Position numbers and translations under genes: made by a program | Shown here: positions 27,568 to 37,799 of the stretch, piece after piece | Layout of the letters: every line of letters starts with the position of its first letter | Numbering within the stretch: the stretch's first letter is position 1 | Assembly (NCBI GenBank): GCA_045863235.1 | Contig: BTUM01000030.1 | Location: forward strand, 1 to 64,000 | Length of the DNA: 64,000 nt | Direction: 5' to 3' | Source: Candidatus Xenobia bacterium | GTDB taxonomy: Bacteria > Vulcanimicrobiota > Xenobia > Xenobiales > QWHO01 | Notes under the pieces: generated by a model | What the model saw: only the letters and a program-made list of their open reading frames with translations | Told to the model about the DNA's origin: nothing | The model's database searches: none

Positions 27568-28464
27568 ATGACCGTCATGCTCCGTTTGGCGGGACGGTCG
27601 CTGACCACGGTATTGCGGGAGTATCTGCGCCATGACGGCCCCTTGATGGCGGCCGGGATCGCCTTCTTCGCCTTCTTCTCGGTCTTCCCACTCTTCATGC
27701 TGTCCCTGGCATTGCTCACCTACGTGGTGCCAATCGACCGCGCCCTGTTCTACACGCACTCGCTGGCCTCGATGTACCTGCCCGTGGATATGCTGACCTC
27801 GATCGAGTCCAACGTCCGGGTGGTGGCCTCCGACCGCGGGAAGATCGGCCTGACCTCGCTGCTGCTGTTGCTCTGGTCGGGGCGCCAGCTGTTCCGGGCA
27901 CTTGAGGTCAGCTTGCTGCGCACCTGGGACCTGCCGGCCCGGCGCAACATGCTGACGGGAAATCTCCTGTCCATGGTCTTGGTGCTGCTGTGCGGTGCGG
28001 TGGCGGCTTCCGGGGTGGTGATCTCGCTCTTCTTCAGCGCTGCCCAGACCCTGATGAGCAAGTGGCACGTGCCCAACCTGGGCAAGCTCTCCTTTGACAG
28101 CACGGTGTTCTGGGCATGGATCCACTCCTGGATCATCATTCCCAGCCTGGTCATGCTGATCTTCCTGCTGTTGTACACCCTGCTTCCGCTTCGTCGGGTC
28201 AGCCTCAAGTCGGCCCTCCCGGGGGCCTTCTTCGCTTCGGTGGCCTGGAAGGTGTCCACTCTTCTCTACGTGGACTATATGGTCTGGTTCGGCAAGTTCT
28301 CCACCGTGTACACCTCGGTTTTCAGCATCGTCGGGATGCTGATCTTCCTTTACGTGGAGTCGATGGTGTTCTTGCTGGGGGCGGAGCTGATCCGTTTCCT
28401 GCTCGAGCACAACAAGAGCAGGCCTGCCCAGCGCCGTCGCTCAGTCCGAAAGGTCCGGAGCTAA
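27568..28464 (+). CDS. YihY/BrkB-family inner membrane protein
   Basis: AAGIAFFAFFSVFPL, SALPGAFFASVAW, VFLLGAEL. Confidence 0.9.
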   Translation: MTVMLRLAGRSLTTVLREYLRHDGPLMAAGIAFFAFFSVFPLFMLSLALLTYVVPIDRALFYTHSLASMYLPVDMLTSIESNVRVVASDRGKIGLTSLLLLLWSGRQLFRALEVSLLRTWDLPARRNMLTGNLLSMVLVLLCGAVAASGVVISLFFSAAQTLMSKWHVPNLGKLSFDSTVFWAWIHSWIIIPSLVMLIFLLLYTLLPLRRVSLKSALPGAFFASVAWKVSTLLYVDYMVWFGKFSTVYTSVFSIVGMLIFLYVESMVFLLGAELIRFLLEHNKSRPAQRRRSVRKVRS

Positions 28465-29466
28465 CTCCTCGGCCAGCTGGCCGCTCTTGAGGAATTCGTC
28501 CAGGAGCACGGTGGCGTAGCTGCCGGGCGGCAACTCGAACTGGAAGACGAGGTCTGTTCCCTCGGCTCGCAGGGTGAAGGGCTCCAACGGCAGGCGGATC
28601 CTGCGCCGGCTGCCCTGGGCCTTCAGGGGACGAAAGGCCTCCCAGGTCAACTCCGAGGCGGCCAGGAGGTCCTCCTCGCGCTGCCCAGAGGGACCGGTGG
28701 CCCGCATCATCTTGAAGCCGAAGATGGGTCCGGTGGGGCTGATTTCGAAGCGCTCGAGCCGCTCCTGCTCGGCCATCGGGTCGGTGGCCACGAAGAGCGA
28801 GCCGGCGGGCAGGCGCCCGCACACGTCGCCGAGCAACACCCGGGCAAACAGGCCGTCTCGAAAGCGCTCATCCAGGTAGCGGTTGAACAGCTCGGACTGC
28901 ACCGAGCTGACCAGCAGGTTGCGCTTCCAGTGGGGCAGTCGCGAGCGCCCCTCGCGCAGGAGCTGCATGCCCCCTTCCAGGTTCTCGCCGCCCCGCCCAA
29001 AACGCTGGGCGCCGAAACGGTTGGCCCAGCCCGTTCTGCGGAGCTCTTCGGCGATGGCAGAAGCCCGCTCGACCTTTGCCCCGCGCACGCGCACCGTAAA
29101 ACGGTTGCCGCGCAGGTGGCCGCGGCGCAGCTTGTTGTGGTGCTGGCCGAGCAACTTCACCTCGAGGACGTTCTCCAGTCCGGCCAGGCGGGACAGATCC
29201 GCCCCCAGCGGTACCGAAATTCGCTGAGTGGTGACCGCCTGGCGGTCCTTCAGGCCGGCGTAACCGATGTCGTCGGAGCGGACTTCCAGCGCCCGGGCCA
29301 TGCGACGTAGCAGCTCGGGAGTGGTCAGGTCGCGCTTGGTGACCTCCAGATACTGGTGGGGGCCCTCTCCGACCGGCTCGTAGGCGGGCAACTCCACGAC
29401 CTGAAAGTCTTCCGGCTCTCCCTTGAGCTGCCCCCCCGTGCCCGGAAATGCCGCAGTGACGTACAT
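28441..29466 (-). CDS. truD: tRNA pseudouridine(13) synthase
   Basis: PEDFQVVE, YAGLKDRQAVTTQ, NRFGAQRFG, FELPPGSYAT. Confidence 0.95.
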   Translation of the reverse strand: MYVTAAFPGTGGQLKGEPEDFQVVELPAYEPVGEGPHQYLEVTKRDLTTPELLRRMARALEVRSDDIGYAGLKDRQAVTTQRISVPLGADLSRLAGLENVLEVKLLGQHHNKLRRGHLRGNRFTVRVRGAKVERASAIAEELRRTGWANRFGAQRFGRGGENLEGGMQLLREGRSRLPHWKRNLLVSSVQSELFNRYLDERFRDGLFARVLLGDVCGRLPAGSLFVATDPMAEQERLERFEISPTGPIFGFKMMRATGPSGQREEDLLAASELTWEAFRPLKAQGSRRRIRLPLEPFTLRAEGTDLVFQFELPPGSYATVLLDEFLKSGQLAEELAPDLSD

Positions 29467-29520
29467 CTTGCCGCTTGTTCTCGCGCAGGAAAAGAGATCC
29501 TGGCAGGTAAACAACCGGGG

Positions 29521-32500
29521 GTGAGCTTGCTCCAGTCCGACTCTCTGTCCCGCCTGGTCTCAGCCAGGCCCGAAGGCTGCCAGAGCGTCGAGCTCTATAA
29601 GGCCCTCTACCGTCCCGATGAGGGCTGGTACCTGCAGGAGCGCTTCTTCCCGCTCGAGTCCCAGGTGGCGGCCCTGGAGGCCATTCTGGCCGCGGCGCCC
29701 GCCGGAGGATCGTTCCTGCTGGTCGGTCCCCCCGCCACGGGCAAGTCGGTCACCCTCTCCATGCTGGCCCGAGCGCTCAGCCTCGAGGTGTCCTCGGCGG
29801 AGTTCGTTCATCTGGTGAGGTTGTTCGACATCCGACAGGGCGCGGAGCGCTCGGCGCTGCGCACGGCGCTGGAGACGGCCCGACCGCCCGAGGGACGCTG
29901 GCTGGTGCTGATTCCCCACGCCGAGTCCGAGCAGGACTTTCAGGCGGCCATCATGCGCTCGCTCTGGGCGGCCAAGAATCACGCCGAAGGCGAGTCTCTG
30001 CCGCTGGGAGCGGATCTTTCGGCCGAGTTCCCCGACAATCTGCAAGATGCGCTGGACGAGCTGATCGGGAGCAGCCGCATCGACGGGGTGGCGGTCCTGA
30101 TCGACAAGCTGGAGAGCCTGTTCGGCAGTGGTTGGACGGTCCCCGACTCGTCCATGCCCGAGCAGGTGCGCGAGTTCCGCGAGATGTGCCGCGAGCGCGA
30201 CCTGCCCTTCGTGCTGGTGGGAGCCCTGACCCGCTCGGTCGGCCAGGACCCGCGCGAGGAGGCCGAGCTCACCCGCTCGTTCCGGGACATCCTGCCGCTG
30301 CACCTGCTCACCCGCAAGGGCGAATGGGAGGAGTTCCTGACCGCCAACGTCCTGGCCCATCAGTCTCCCGAGCTGTGGGCCGAGCTGACCTCTCATCCCG
30401 ACATGCAGAGGCTGCTCAAGAGCACCCTGGAGGTGGGAACGTACCACGAGCACGATACCGCCTGGTGTCAAGAGTTCGCCCTGGAAGGGGCCTATCCGCT
30501 CCATCCCGCCGCCACCTTCTTGCTGCCCCGGTTGGCCATGCGCCTGGCCGCGCCCGAGAGAACCGCTCTGAGCTTCTTTCAAGAGCACGCCGCCGGTGGT
30601 CTGCAGTATTTCCTCAGCAACTTTGCCATCGCTCAGCCCAACGGCCGTCTTTCCCTCTATACGGTCGATCTGCTCTACTCCTATTTCGAACGCCAGCTCA
30701 AGACCGACCCTCGTCTTCAGGAGGCTCACGGCGTGCTGGAGCGGGCCCTGGAGTCCTCCCGCGACATCCCGATGGCGCGGCGTCTGTTGCGCACCGTCTG
30801 GCTTCTGCAAGTGGGCGGCCAGGAGCGGGTCAACACCTCGCCCGAGCACGTGATCTGGTCTTTGCATCTGGGCGCCCGCGAGCAGCCCCTGGCGGCCCAA
30901 AGCCTGCGCTCTCTGGTGGACCGGAAGATTCTGGCCTTCCGGAACCGGCGCTTCTGGTTCGAGTTTGAAGTCGAGCGGCCCAGTCTCGACCGCCTGCTGC
31001 GCTCTGACCGCCGCAAGGTCGAGCTGGAGATCGACCTGTTAGGCCTGGTGGAGCGCCAGGTCTCCTCGGCACCCCTGCGGCTCTCGGAGATCAATCGTGC
31101 CTTTTCGACCGATCGCTTCGTGCGCACTCGATTCGTTCTGCCATCTCAGCTCGACCAGCTGGTGGCTCAGGCCCAGCAGAAAGAGCCTGGTCCCGGCGCC
31201 TACCAGGGGGACCTGCTGCTGGCTTACGTGGTGGCTCAGAATCCGCCCGAGCGCGACCAGGTGGCCATGCTGTGTCAGACCGAGCTGTCCCACCCCCGCC
31301 TGGTGGTGGGCCTGCCGACCGCCCCCACCAACTACGTGGCCATGGCTCACGACATCGAAGGGCTGCGGCGCATCCGCTCGGCCGACCCCGCCTTCAGCGA
31401 CCCCACCTCCAGCGAGTACCTCGAGCTGGCCGACTTGCTGCGCCAGAGTGAGGCCGAGCTGGAGGAGTCGCTGTGCGACCTGACCGACCCCCAGAAGCTC
31501 GAGTTCTGGCACCAGAGGCAGTGCCACGGCAGTCTGGATGCGCCTGGCCTGGAACGGTTCCTGACCCAGGTCGTCCAGGTTTGTATCGGTCCGCTGACCG
31601 CAGTGGGAGATTTCTGTTTCTCGACCACCCAGGACCCTGCCAGCGCCCGGGCCCGCCGCTATCAGGCCATCGACTACCTGCTCGGGTGCGGGACTCGCGA
31701 GCTGGTGCTGCGTCGAGGCGACTATCCAGCCCTGAAGGCTCTCTACGCCGGCCTGGTGGAGGGCGGGCTGTTCCTGCCAGTGGATGAAGGCGGGCCATGG
31801 CGCCGCTATCGTTTGCGCGATCCGCTGCCTGAGAGCGGACTGGGAGGGGCCCTGTGTTTCCTGCTCTCTCGGCTGCTCTCGGATGAAACCTGCCGGCAGC
31901 GGCTCAATCCGGTGGATACGGTCACGGCCCTCATGCGCCCACCCTACAGCCTGCCCGGGCCTACCGTGGAGTTGCTGTTCGGGGTGGCCGCCTGGTACTG
32001 GCGGGATCGGTTGGCCTTCTATCGGCTGGGAGAGTCGGCCCCCACCACCATGGATGCTGCTCGCATCCACGAGCTGGCCAGGCACCCGGCCAAATGGCGG
32101 GTGGAGCACTTCGAGGTGCCGCCCGACGAGCAGGGGTTCCTGGAGGAGCTGCTGCGCCTTCTCAAGCCGGAAGGGCCGCTCAGCCCGGGCGGTTCGGCCC
32201 TGCAAGAGACGGCCGACTTGTTGCTGAGCTGGTTCGATCGGCTTCCGCCCACCAACCTGAAGCTGGTTTACCATCGCACTCCCTATGCGGGCAGCTTGAT
32301 CGACCTGCTGCAGGACCGCGAGCGGCGCTCTCACCCGCGCCGGCTCCTGCTGGAGCTCCTGCCGGCCGCCCTGGGCTTTCCGGCTCCGGTCCGCTGGGAG
32401 GAAGCGGCCAACACGGTGCTCAACCGCTTTGAGAACCTGCGCCAGGTGTTGGAAGAGGCCATGCTGGAGTCGCGTCGCCAGTTGCACGAAGGCATTCGCT

Positions 32501-32940
32501 GGATCTTTGCCGACCGGGTCAGCCTGGCCCGCCAGTCGACCTGGCCGACCCTGATCAGTCGCTGGTACCAGACCCTGCCCGCCTCGGTCCGCTCCGAGCC
32601 TGGCAATGACGAGCTGAAGCTGATGCTGGCAGCCTTCTCGAGCGCATCGGCGGACGAAGAAGAGAGTCTGGACGACCTGCTGCACGAGCTCGGCTATCCA
32701 CCCATGAGCACCTGGGACCGCGATTACGCCGACGAGATCCTCGAGCGCATCCGGCTGGCTCGCATCGAGATGGAGTGGCAGGAGCACCTGGGGATGTACA
32801 CCGAGCAGCGCTCGGCCCGCGAGAAGGCCTCGGGCTTCATCCGCCGCATCCTGCTCAATGCCGGCCTGCCGCCCGAGGACGTGGCCGAGCTGTTGCAGAG
32901 CGAGCTCGAGCAGGCGGCCTGGTCGGTTCGCTCGCGCTGA
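29521..32940 (+). CDS. Large P-loop protein resembling BREX BrxC/PglY-type ATPases
   Basis: VGPPATGKS Walker A, VLIDKLE degenerate Walker B, AYPLHP, LMRPPYSL; ~1140 aa. Confidence 0.55.
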   Translation: MSLLQSDSLSRLVSARPEGCQSVELYKALYRPDEGWYLQERFFPLESQVAALEAILAAAPAGGSFLLVGPPATGKSVTLSMLARALSLEVSSAEFVHLVRLFDIRQGAERSALRTALETARPPEGRWLVLIPHAESEQDFQAAIMRSLWAAKNHAEGESLPLGADLSAEFPDNLQDALDELIGSSRIDGVAVLIDKLESLFGSGWTVPDSSMPEQVREFREMCRERDLPFVLVGALTRSVGQDPREEAELTRSFRDILPLHLLTRKGEWEEFLTANVLAHQSPELWAELTSHPDMQRLLKSTLEVGTYHEHDTAWCQEFALEGAYPLHPAATFLLPRLAMRLAAPERTALSFFQEHAAGGLQYFLSNFAIAQPNGRLSLYTVDLLYSYFERQLKTDPRLQEAHGVLERALESSRDIPMARRLLRTVWLLQVGGQERVNTSPEHVIWSLHLGAREQPLAAQSLRSLVDRKILAFRNRRFWFEFEVERPSLDRLLRSDRRKVELEIDLLGLVERQVSSAPLRLSEINRAFSTDRFVRTRFVLPSQLDQLVAQAQQKEPGPGAYQGDLLLAYVVAQNPPERDQVAMLCQTELSHPRLVVGLPTAPTNYVAMAHDIEGLRRIRSADPAFSDPTSSEYLELADLLRQSEAELEESLCDLTDPQKLEFWHQRQCHGSLDAPGLERFLTQVVQVCIGPLTAVGDFCFSTTQDPASARARRYQAIDYLLGCGTRELVLRRGDYPALKALYAGLVEGGLFLPVDEGGPWRRYRLRDPLPESGLGGALCFLLSRLLSDETCRQRLNPVDTVTALMRPPYSLPGPTVELLFGVAAWYWRDRLAFYRLGESAPTTMDAARIHELARHPAKWRVEHFEVPPDEQGFLEELLRLLKPEGPLSPGGSALQETADLLLSWFDRLPPTNLKLVYHRTPYAGSLIDLLQDRERRSHPRRLLLELLPAALGFPAPVRWEEAANTVLNRFENLRQVLEEAMLESRRQLHEGIRWIFADRVSLARQSTWPTLISRWYQTLPASVRSEPGNDELKLMLAAFSSASADEEESLDDLLHELGYPPMSTWDRDYADEILERIRLARIEMEWQEHLGMYTEQRSAREKASGFIRRILLNAGLPPEDVAELLQSELEQAAWSVRSR

Positions 32941-33042
32941 ACGTGTTTCCGACCCAGGTGCGAGAGCATTCGCGCGGGCGATGCGGCGCCAACCCAGAGG
33001 GCCGGTCAGCAACCCCGTCCGCCGGAATGCGTCTGGCCAGTG

Positions 33043-33240
33043 TCAATGCGCCGGAGTGTCTCGGACTTCGATACCAAAGCGGGTCAGCAGCTCGTGCAGC
33101 GAGTGTATCTTGTTGAGTGAATTCCATTCGCTCTGGTAGAGCACCTCCGAAAGCTCATCGTAGGTGCAGAACCCTCTGGCCTTAGCCCGCGCCAGCCAGC
33201 GGAAGAACTCGGGGGGCTCGTTCCAAAGGTCCGGGTGCAT
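33043..33240 (-). CDS. Stand-alone sigma70 region 1.1-like small protein
   Basis: LARAKARGFCTYDELSEVL...IHSLHELLTRFGIEVRD. Confidence 0.6.
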   Translation of the reverse strand: MHPDLWNEPPEFFRWLARAKARGFCTYDELSEVLYQSEWNSLNKIHSLHELLTRFGIEVRDTPAH

Positions 33241-33344
33241 CGTTGCCAACTCTCGTTGAATCGAATTCCAGTTCTGGGGGAATTTTCCTCAAGACACCGA
33301 ATCACCCCCAGAACCCTATTTCTGACTGATTTTGCGAGGGGTCG

Positions 33345-34253
33345 TTGAGGCCTGCCCAGGATACCCTGATCGTTACCGCGCCGCCCCGGAGGCGAGCCCG
33401 CTCGGTGAGTCGGCCCGCCAGTCCGCCGGCGCGCCCCTCCAGGAGCCGCGAGGTTAAGCGCAGCAGCCGCGAGGCGCGTCGCAGTCGCGAGACCCGCGTG
33501 CTCAAAGAGCGCCCGCGGCGGCTCGTGCCCCTGCGCAAGCTGTTCCTGGTGGGCCTCTTCTTTCTGGGCCAGGGGCTGTTTTTCTTCTCCGAGCTGTTCC
33601 ACCTCAGTCGCATCGAGGTCAATGGCTTGAGCCACCTGACCCGCGAGCAGGTGGTCAGCCATGCCCAGCTGACCAAGGGCTCGCCCGTCTGGCTGTTGTC
33701 CCCCGCCACCGTGGCTGACCGGGTGGCCGCCATCCACGCCGTCAAAAGCGTGGACGTCGAGGTGCGCCTGCCCGGCACGGTCGAGATCGCGGTTCAGGAG
33801 CGTGAGCCTCGCTTCCTGGTCGGCTCACCGGCCTCCCCGGAGCTGTACCTGGCCGACGAGAACGGTGTTCTCTTGCGTAAAGCGCAGTTGCCCAGCTCGT
33901 TTCCCCGCGTGATGGTGACCGAGCCACTGGCCGAGGGAGGGCGCCTTTCCCAGGGCATCGTGCCCATCGCCAGCGAGACACTGGCGTTGCTGCACGGCAT
34001 CGTCCCGGGCAAGCCTTCCTCGATCACCATCGACTCTCTGGAGGCGGTCACCGTGGAGACCTCCTGGCAGGGCTGGCCGCTCACCCTGCGTCTTGGCTCG
34101 CTCGAGCACCGCGATTACAAACGTCAGCTGCTGCAAGCGCTGTGGGCGCGGCTGCCGGCCTCGAAAGGTCGTCCGGTGCTGCTCGACCTGCGCTACTCCT
34201 CGCCCGTGGTCAAGGTCGTCAGGCCCCCGTCGCCCGAGCCGGAAAACTACTGA
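33345..34253 (+). CDS. ftsQ: Cell division protein FtsQ/DivIB
   Basis: Basic N-terminus, one TM, POTRA (IEVNGLSHLTREQV...LPGTVEIAVQERE), LDLRY. Confidence 0.85.
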   Translation: MRPAQDTLIVTAPPRRRARSVSRPASPPARPSRSREVKRSSREARRSRETRVLKERPRRLVPLRKLFLVGLFFLGQGLFFFSELFHLSRIEVNGLSHLTREQVVSHAQLTKGSPVWLLSPATVADRVAAIHAVKSVDVEVRLPGTVEIAVQEREPRFLVGSPASPELYLADENGVLLRKAQLPSSFPRVMVTEPLAEGGRLSQGIVPIASETLALLHGIVPGKPSSITIDSLEAVTVETSWQGWPLTLRLGSLEHRDYKRQLLQALWARLPASKGRPVLLDLRYSSPVVKVVRPPSPEPENY

Positions 34254-34259
34254 ATCTTC

Positions 34260-34288
34260 TTTACGCAACCTTGACCCTGTGCTATACT
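34260..34288 (+). promoter_or_regulatory. sigma70 promoter
   Basis: TTTACG-17 bp-TATACT with extended TG. Confidence 0.6.
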
Positions 34289-34331
34289 GCGCCCGCGCAG
34301 AAGTGGACGCTGCGATTCATCTGGAGAGAAC

Positions 34332-35105
34332 GTGATCAGCGTGGAACCCTCGACCACTACGAGTCGAGTCAATTGGCAGCTTCCTGTCGGCATCGCCTGC
34401 ATTTTGCTCGGGGTCCTGGTGGCCGTGCAGTTCAAAGTGCAACAGCGGCGCGTCAAAGAGCCTACCGAGATGGGCGATCTGCGCGTGCAGCTCAAGCTGA
34501 CCGAGTCAGAGCGCAACAAGATGTCGGCCGAGCTTCAAGAGGCCCGCAATCGCCTGGTCGATCTCGAGAAGGCCCTGTCGGACGGCCAGAACGTCACCCG
34601 CACGACTCGCGAGGAGATCGAGCGCGCCCGCCTCGAGGCCGGTTTGCTGCCGCTCAAAGGGCCGGGGGTGGTGGTCAAGCTGACCGACTCGACCCGGCGT
34701 CCCTCGCCGGATGACGATCCCTACTTCTACATCGTGCACGACGTCGATCTGCAGGCCCTGGTCAACGAGCTGTGGGCTTCAGGCGCCGAGGCAGTGGCCG
34801 TCAATGAGCAACGGCTGGTGACCCGCACCTCGATTCGCTGCGTGGGTCCCACCATCTTAGTCAACGCCGTGCGCCTGGCTCCACCCTACGAGGTCAAGGC
34901 CATCGGCAACGCCCAGGATATCTACACCGCCCTGAACATGCCGGGCGGATTCCTGCAGAGCATGGACATGCAGCGCGCCATGGGCGTGGAGGTCAAGATC
35001 AGCAAGCTGGATGAGCTCGAGGTACCCGCCTTCAATGGAAGTCTGGTCTATCGCTACGCCGAGCCGGCTCCCAAGCCGGCTCCGGAAAGCTCGCCGGAGC
35101 CCTGA
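34332..35105 (+). CDS. DUF881 family protein
   Basis: GPGVVVKLTD, VHDVDLQALVNELWASGAEAVAVN, PPYEVKAIG. Confidence 0.92.
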   Translation: MISVEPSTTTSRVNWQLPVGIACILLGVLVAVQFKVQQRRVKEPTEMGDLRVQLKLTESERNKMSAELQEARNRLVDLEKALSDGQNVTRTTREEIERARLEAGLLPLKGPGVVVKLTDSTRRPSPDDDPYFYIVHDVDLQALVNELWASGAEAVAVNEQRLVTRTSIRCVGPTILVNAVRLAPPYEVKAIGNAQDIYTALNMPGGFLQSMDMQRAMGVEVKISKLDELEVPAFNGSLVYRYAEPAPKPAPESSPEP

Positions 35106-35106
35106 G

Positions 35107-35475
35107 TTGCTGGTCGTCCTCGGACTGGTGCTGGGTTTTCTGATCGGGTGGTACATCCCGTTCCAGTTGCCTTTTGCCAGCGCCAAGTACGCCGGCGTGG
35201 CCTTCCTGGCCGGTCTGGACTCGGTGCTGGGCGGGGCCCGGGCGGGAATCGAGCAGAAGTTTGACTTCACCCTGTTTACCACCGGCTTCGTGACCAACAC
35301 CCTGCTGGCCGTCTTCCTGGCCATGGCGGGGGATGTTCTGGGGGTGGATCTCTACCTGGCCGCCGTGGTGACCTTCGGGGTGCGCATCTTCCAGAATCTG
35401 GCCTACATCCGTCGTGACCTGATCCGCCGGCCGGCCAGCGAGCAGCCGACCTTCACCGACCTGTTGAACGGCTGA
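35107..35475 (+). CDS. Small basic protein (DUF1290, Sbp)
   Basis: AFLAGLDSVLGGARA...LGVDLYLAAVVTFGVRIFQNLAYIRR. Confidence 0.9.
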   Translation: MLVVLGLVLGFLIGWYIPFQLPFASAKYAGVAFLAGLDSVLGGARAGIEQKFDFTLFTTGFVTNTLLAVFLAMAGDVLGVDLYLAAVVTFGVRIFQNLAYIRRDLIRRPASEQPTFTDLLNG

Positions 35476-35568
35476 TTCGAGAGTCGACGTCGAGCCCGGA
35501 GAATTCGAGTGCGGCGGTTTGCGGCCGGACCAGGAAGCGCAGCCAGAAACCTCTAGCCGCTTCGGGAC

Positions 35569-35874
35569 TCAGGCCTTGGGCACGGTGCGGAAGTGCACCA
35601 CGATGCCCAGCAACACGCCGATGGGCAGGCCCAGCGTGGCCAGGCCGATCACCAGGGCCACGAAGACGTAGTGGCGCGACTCGGCGTCGTAGGGCAGGGC
35701 AAAGGCCAGCAACACCGCCACCAGTGCGCTCAACCCCACACCCGCCGCTGCGCCTTGCATGCCTCGCAACCAGATCATCCAGGGCGAGGCGGGACGGGAA
35801 AGGATCTGCTTTTGCAGGCCAAAGGCCATCAGCGCGCACAGGGCCACCAGCAGGAGCGTCTGAGCCAGCACCAT
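35569..35874 (-). CDS. Small membrane protein
   Basis: Three hydrophobic segments; follows the aspartokinase gene. Confidence 0.65.
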   Translation of the reverse strand: MVLAQTLLLVALCALMAFGLQKQILSRPASPWMIWLRGMQGAAAGVGLSALVAVLLAFALPYDAESRHYVFVALVIGLATLGLPIGVLLGIVVHFRTVPKA

Positions 35875-35886
35875 CCAGGATAGTTA

Positions 35887-37095
35887 CTACGCCGACAGCC
35901 CGAACTCCTCATGCAGGGCCCGCACGGCCGAGGAAAGCTGCTCCTCGGGCACCAGGCAGGAGATGGTGATGTTGGAGTCGGTGGTGTGCAGCACCTGGAC
36001 CCCGCTGCCCACCAGTGCTTTGAGCACCCGGGCCAGCACGCCCGGGGTGCCGCGCATCCCGGCTCCCACCACGCTCAGCTTGGCGCAGCCGGTCCGGGTG
36101 CGGTATTTGACCCGGAGGGCTTCGACGGCGGTGCGGGCGGCCTCTTCGCGCTCGCGTCGGAAGATGAAATAGAGCCGCTCGTCGCATGCATTGGACAGAT
36201 CGATGTTGACCTGGGCCTCGGCCAGAGCCTGCAAGACTCGCATGCGGTCGCGGTCGAGCGACTCGAGGGGCAGCTCCACTACCATCTGGGTGAGGTTGGT
36301 GACGTGGGCCACGCTGGTTACCACCCGGGTGCGCTCGAAGGCGTCCTTGGGCATGACCTGGGAGAGAAAGGTGCCGTAGCCATCCGAGAAGGTGTTCTTG
36401 ATCCAGACCGGCACCCCGTGCTCGCTGGCCAGGTCCACCGCTCGGGGGTGGACCACCTTGGCCCCCTCGCCGGCCAGCTCTCCCATCTCCTCGAAGTTCA
36501 GCTGGGGCAGGATCTGAGCCTGATCGAAGAGGCGCGGGTCGGCCGTCAGCACGCCCTCGACATCGGTGTAGATCTCGACGAACTCGGCCTTGAGGGCGGC
36601 TCCCAGCGCCACCGCGGTGGTGTCGCTGCCGCCTCTCCCCAGCGTGGTTGTCTCCAGCGCGGCCGTGGCCCCCTGAAAGCCTGCCACCACGGCGATGACG
36701 CCCTGCTGCAACAGGTGGCGCACGCGGGTGGGATTGATGCTCAGAATGGCAGCCTCGCCGTGCTCCCCATTGGTCAGGATGCCCGCCTGCAGACCGGTCA
36801 GGGCGCGAGCGGAGTAGCCCCGATCGCGCAGATGCTGAGCCATGACCACGCAGGCGATGTTCTCGCCGCAGGCCATCAGCATGTCCAGCTCGCGTCGGTC
36901 TGGCTGGGGGCTCTGCTCGAGCAGTGCCAGCAGGCTGTCGGTCGCGTAGGGCTGGGGTTTGCGGCCCATGGCGCTGATGACCACGCAGGCCGCCAGTCCC
37001 CGGTCCAGGGCGCTGACGATCTTCTGGCAGACCAGATCGCGGCTCTCGGGTGAGGCCACCGAGGTGCCCCCGAACTTCTGCACCACCACACGCAT
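35887..37095 (-). CDS. dapG: Aspartate kinase (DapG-like)
   Basis: VQKFGGTSV, SAMGR, TLGRGGSDTTA, two ACT domains. Confidence 0.93.
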   Translation of the reverse strand: MRVVVQKFGGTSVASPESRDLVCQKIVSALDRGLAACVVISAMGRKPQPYATDSLLALLEQSPQPDRRELDMLMACGENIACVVMAQHLRDRGYSARALTGLQAGILTNGEHGEAAILSINPTRVRHLLQQGVIAVVAGFQGATAALETTTLGRGGSDTTAVALGAALKAEFVEIYTDVEGVLTADPRLFDQAQILPQLNFEEMGELAGEGAKVVHPRAVDLASEHGVPVWIKNTFSDGYGTFLSQVMPKDAFERTRVVTSVAHVTNLTQMVVELPLESLDRDRMRVLQALAEAQVNIDLSNACDERLYFIFRREREEAARTAVEALRVKYRTRTGCAKLSVVGAGMRGTPGVLARVLKALVGSGVQVLHTTDSNITISCLVPEEQLSSAVRALHEEFGLSA

Positions 37096-37119
37096 GCTCT
37101 GCGGCCGTTCGGTTCAGGA

Positions 37120-37149
37120 AATGAAGAAGCCTCCCGGTTCGGGAGGCTT
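37120..37149 (-). terminator. Hairpin/terminator between the hypothetical gene and aspartokinase
   Basis: AAGCCTCCCG / CGGGAGGCTT 10-bp stem, T-rich tail on the minus strand. Confidence 0.6.
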
Positions 37150-37164
37150 GATCAGCCTGTGATG

Positions 37165-37695
37165 CTAGCCCTGGGTTGGCGGCTGCTCCGGCTCGGGAGC
37201 CGGGGCGGGAGGTGCCGGCGGCGCCGGCGGAGTGTCCTGCACTCCCGTGATCTGCTGTCCCACCGCCTGCAGCATCGAGCCGAAGCTGGCCCGGTCGTTG
37301 GCGTTGCCCTCGGCCACCGCGGCGCGCACACCGGCGCCGATCAGGGTCGCGCAGCTCACCAGCGCCACCGGGAAGGCCACCGCCGGAGGCAGGTAGCCGA
37401 ACGAGCTGGCCAGCAGCGCCCCCGTGCCCACCGCCGCCGAGGCAAAGCGGGTAATGTTGGCAGTCTTCGCATTCTCGCGATAGACGGTCTCTTCGCCTCG
37501 CACGCGCGCCAGCACCTCGCCCAGCGTGGGCTCCTGGTAGCGCTCCATGCTCTGGAGGAAGAAGCTCGTGTCGGCCTGGCCCTGGGCCACCGTGTCCGCG
37601 AAGGGAATGGGAGGATTGTTCTGCAGCGTGGTCTGATAGCTCTGGGCCCGCTCGATCAGCTGGCTGCGAGGAACCTGGGCGAGAGTGGCGTTCAT
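37165..37695 (-). CDS. Hypothetical protein with hydrophobic hairpin and Pro-rich tail
   Basis: GGAGG RBS; 176 aa. Confidence 0.7.
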   Translation of the reverse strand: MNATLAQVPRSQLIERAQSYQTTLQNNPPIPFADTVAQGQADTSFFLQSMERYQEPTLGEVLARVRGEETVYRENAKTANITRFASAAVGTGALLASSFGYLPPAVAFPVALVSCATLIGAGVRAAVAEGNANDRASFGSMLQAVGQQITGVQDTPPAPPAPPAPAPEPEQPPTQG

Positions 37696-37799
37696 GGGAG
37701 ATCCTCCGGTCTTGCTTAGCGGTCTCGCATCAGCATACCGTCACCAGCCCTCTGCGGGTGAGAACAGCATGTTACCTTTGCGTTACGCTGGCGGACCGG

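Noticed and set aside
29521..32940. Complete BREX system
   Set aside because: No PglX, PglZ or other brx genes adjacent
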